Notes under the pieces: model-generated
What the model saw: the letters and a program-made list of their open reading frames with translations, nothing else
Database searches by the model: none
Told to the model about the DNA's origin: nothing
Program-made: the position numbers and the translations under genes
Shown here: in pieces, positions 63,440-64,000 of the stretch
Layout: each line of letters starts with the position of its first letter
How positions within the stretch are numbered: position 1 is the first letter of the stretch
From: Entomortierella parvispora E1425
Taxonomy: Eukaryota > Fungi > Mortierellomycota
DNA: 64,000 bases
Assembly (NCBI GenBank): GCA_020891255.1
Contig: BQFW01000008.1
Span: 1,364,001 to 1,428,000, forward strand
Direction: 5' to 3'

Positions 63440-64000
63440 ATGCTGTCTAGCACATCGTCCATTGTCCAGCTCGCTAAGGCTCCTTTCAAACGTGCCCAGC
63501 GTGGTCTCTTTGGAGGTAAACATGGGTGAAATTGGCCATCTCACTGCCCCACTTTCCTCACATCTTAGCCTGATCACCCGATTTTCAGGAACCAGGACTA
63601 GAGCATCGCAACCAATGTCGGGATCACCTTACACCTTTGGAGAGACGATAGGCGCATAGAGCCTTTCTTCCGACCGGCGCTCTCCCATCCTCACTTCCTT
63701 CTCCTCCAAAGAAAAAAAAGACGGCGCTTCTAAAGTGTCCAGCACGCATCAGCAAATTGGTCTCTCTATTCAACGGCTCAAAACTCACCATGCACTCTGC
63801 CTTTCTTCTTACCCTATTCTGTGCTCTTGTTCGGACGACTTTTTTTTTTTCAAATCGGATAAAAAAAAACATAGGCAAGCAGATCCAGTTCGGTAACAGC
63901 GTTCCTCACTCCAAGACCAAGACCCGTCGTACTTGGTTGCCCAATGTCCAGACCAAGCGCCTCTTCTCCGAGACCTTGAACGACTGGATCCGTTTGAACA
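63440..64000 (+). CDS. MRPL24: Mitochondrial ribosomal protein bL28m, 5' part (exon 63440-63515, then 63875 to the window end)
   Basis: [25 protein letters not shown]|[35 protein letters not shown] is the L28 family signature. Confidence 0.92.

Noticed and set aside
1-64000. CRISPR arrays, rRNA, tRNA, intact transposons, bacterial-looking HGT islands, TGA-CTA readthrough stops
   Set aside because: None was seen by manual reading. The stop-codon contexts I checked lack the readthrough motif. tRNAscan, Rfam and RepeatMasker were not run.

Overview
Eukaryotic, intron-rich, gene-dense fungal genomic DNA. Gene content and intron style suggest an early-diverging fungus, probably Mortierellaceae (inference, not proven). 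I reconstructed about 21 protein-coding genes by joining ORFs across splice sites: partial LUC7-like, a ZNFX1/Hrr1/SAD-3-type helicase, a class C (GABA-B-like) GPCR, pyruvate carboxylase, a CHZ-domain protein, a PPR protein, a Sel1-MYND protein, two Zn2Cys6 transcription factors (one RDS2/AcuM-like), a CTDSPL2-like phosphatase, a Gly-rich small protein, a TBC Rab-GAP, a tetraspanin, two tandem TLC-domain genes, a GPI-type secreted protein, RPS10, an LEA-like repeat protein, an orphan 7TM receptor and partial mitochondrial bL28. No tRNA, rRNA, CRISPR array or intact mobile element was recognised. Two signals appear only after splicing. (1) The class C GPCR is a single gene of about 14 exons and about 1,780 aa whose cytoplasmic tail carries a predicted PH-like fold that starts in a 15-nt microexon; the gene also uses two GC-AG introns. 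(2) The ZNFX1-like helicase ends in an intron-split RZ finger with RNF213-type Cys/His spacing, suggesting an RNA-sensing E3 ligase. All gene models are manual predictions without transcript evidence.
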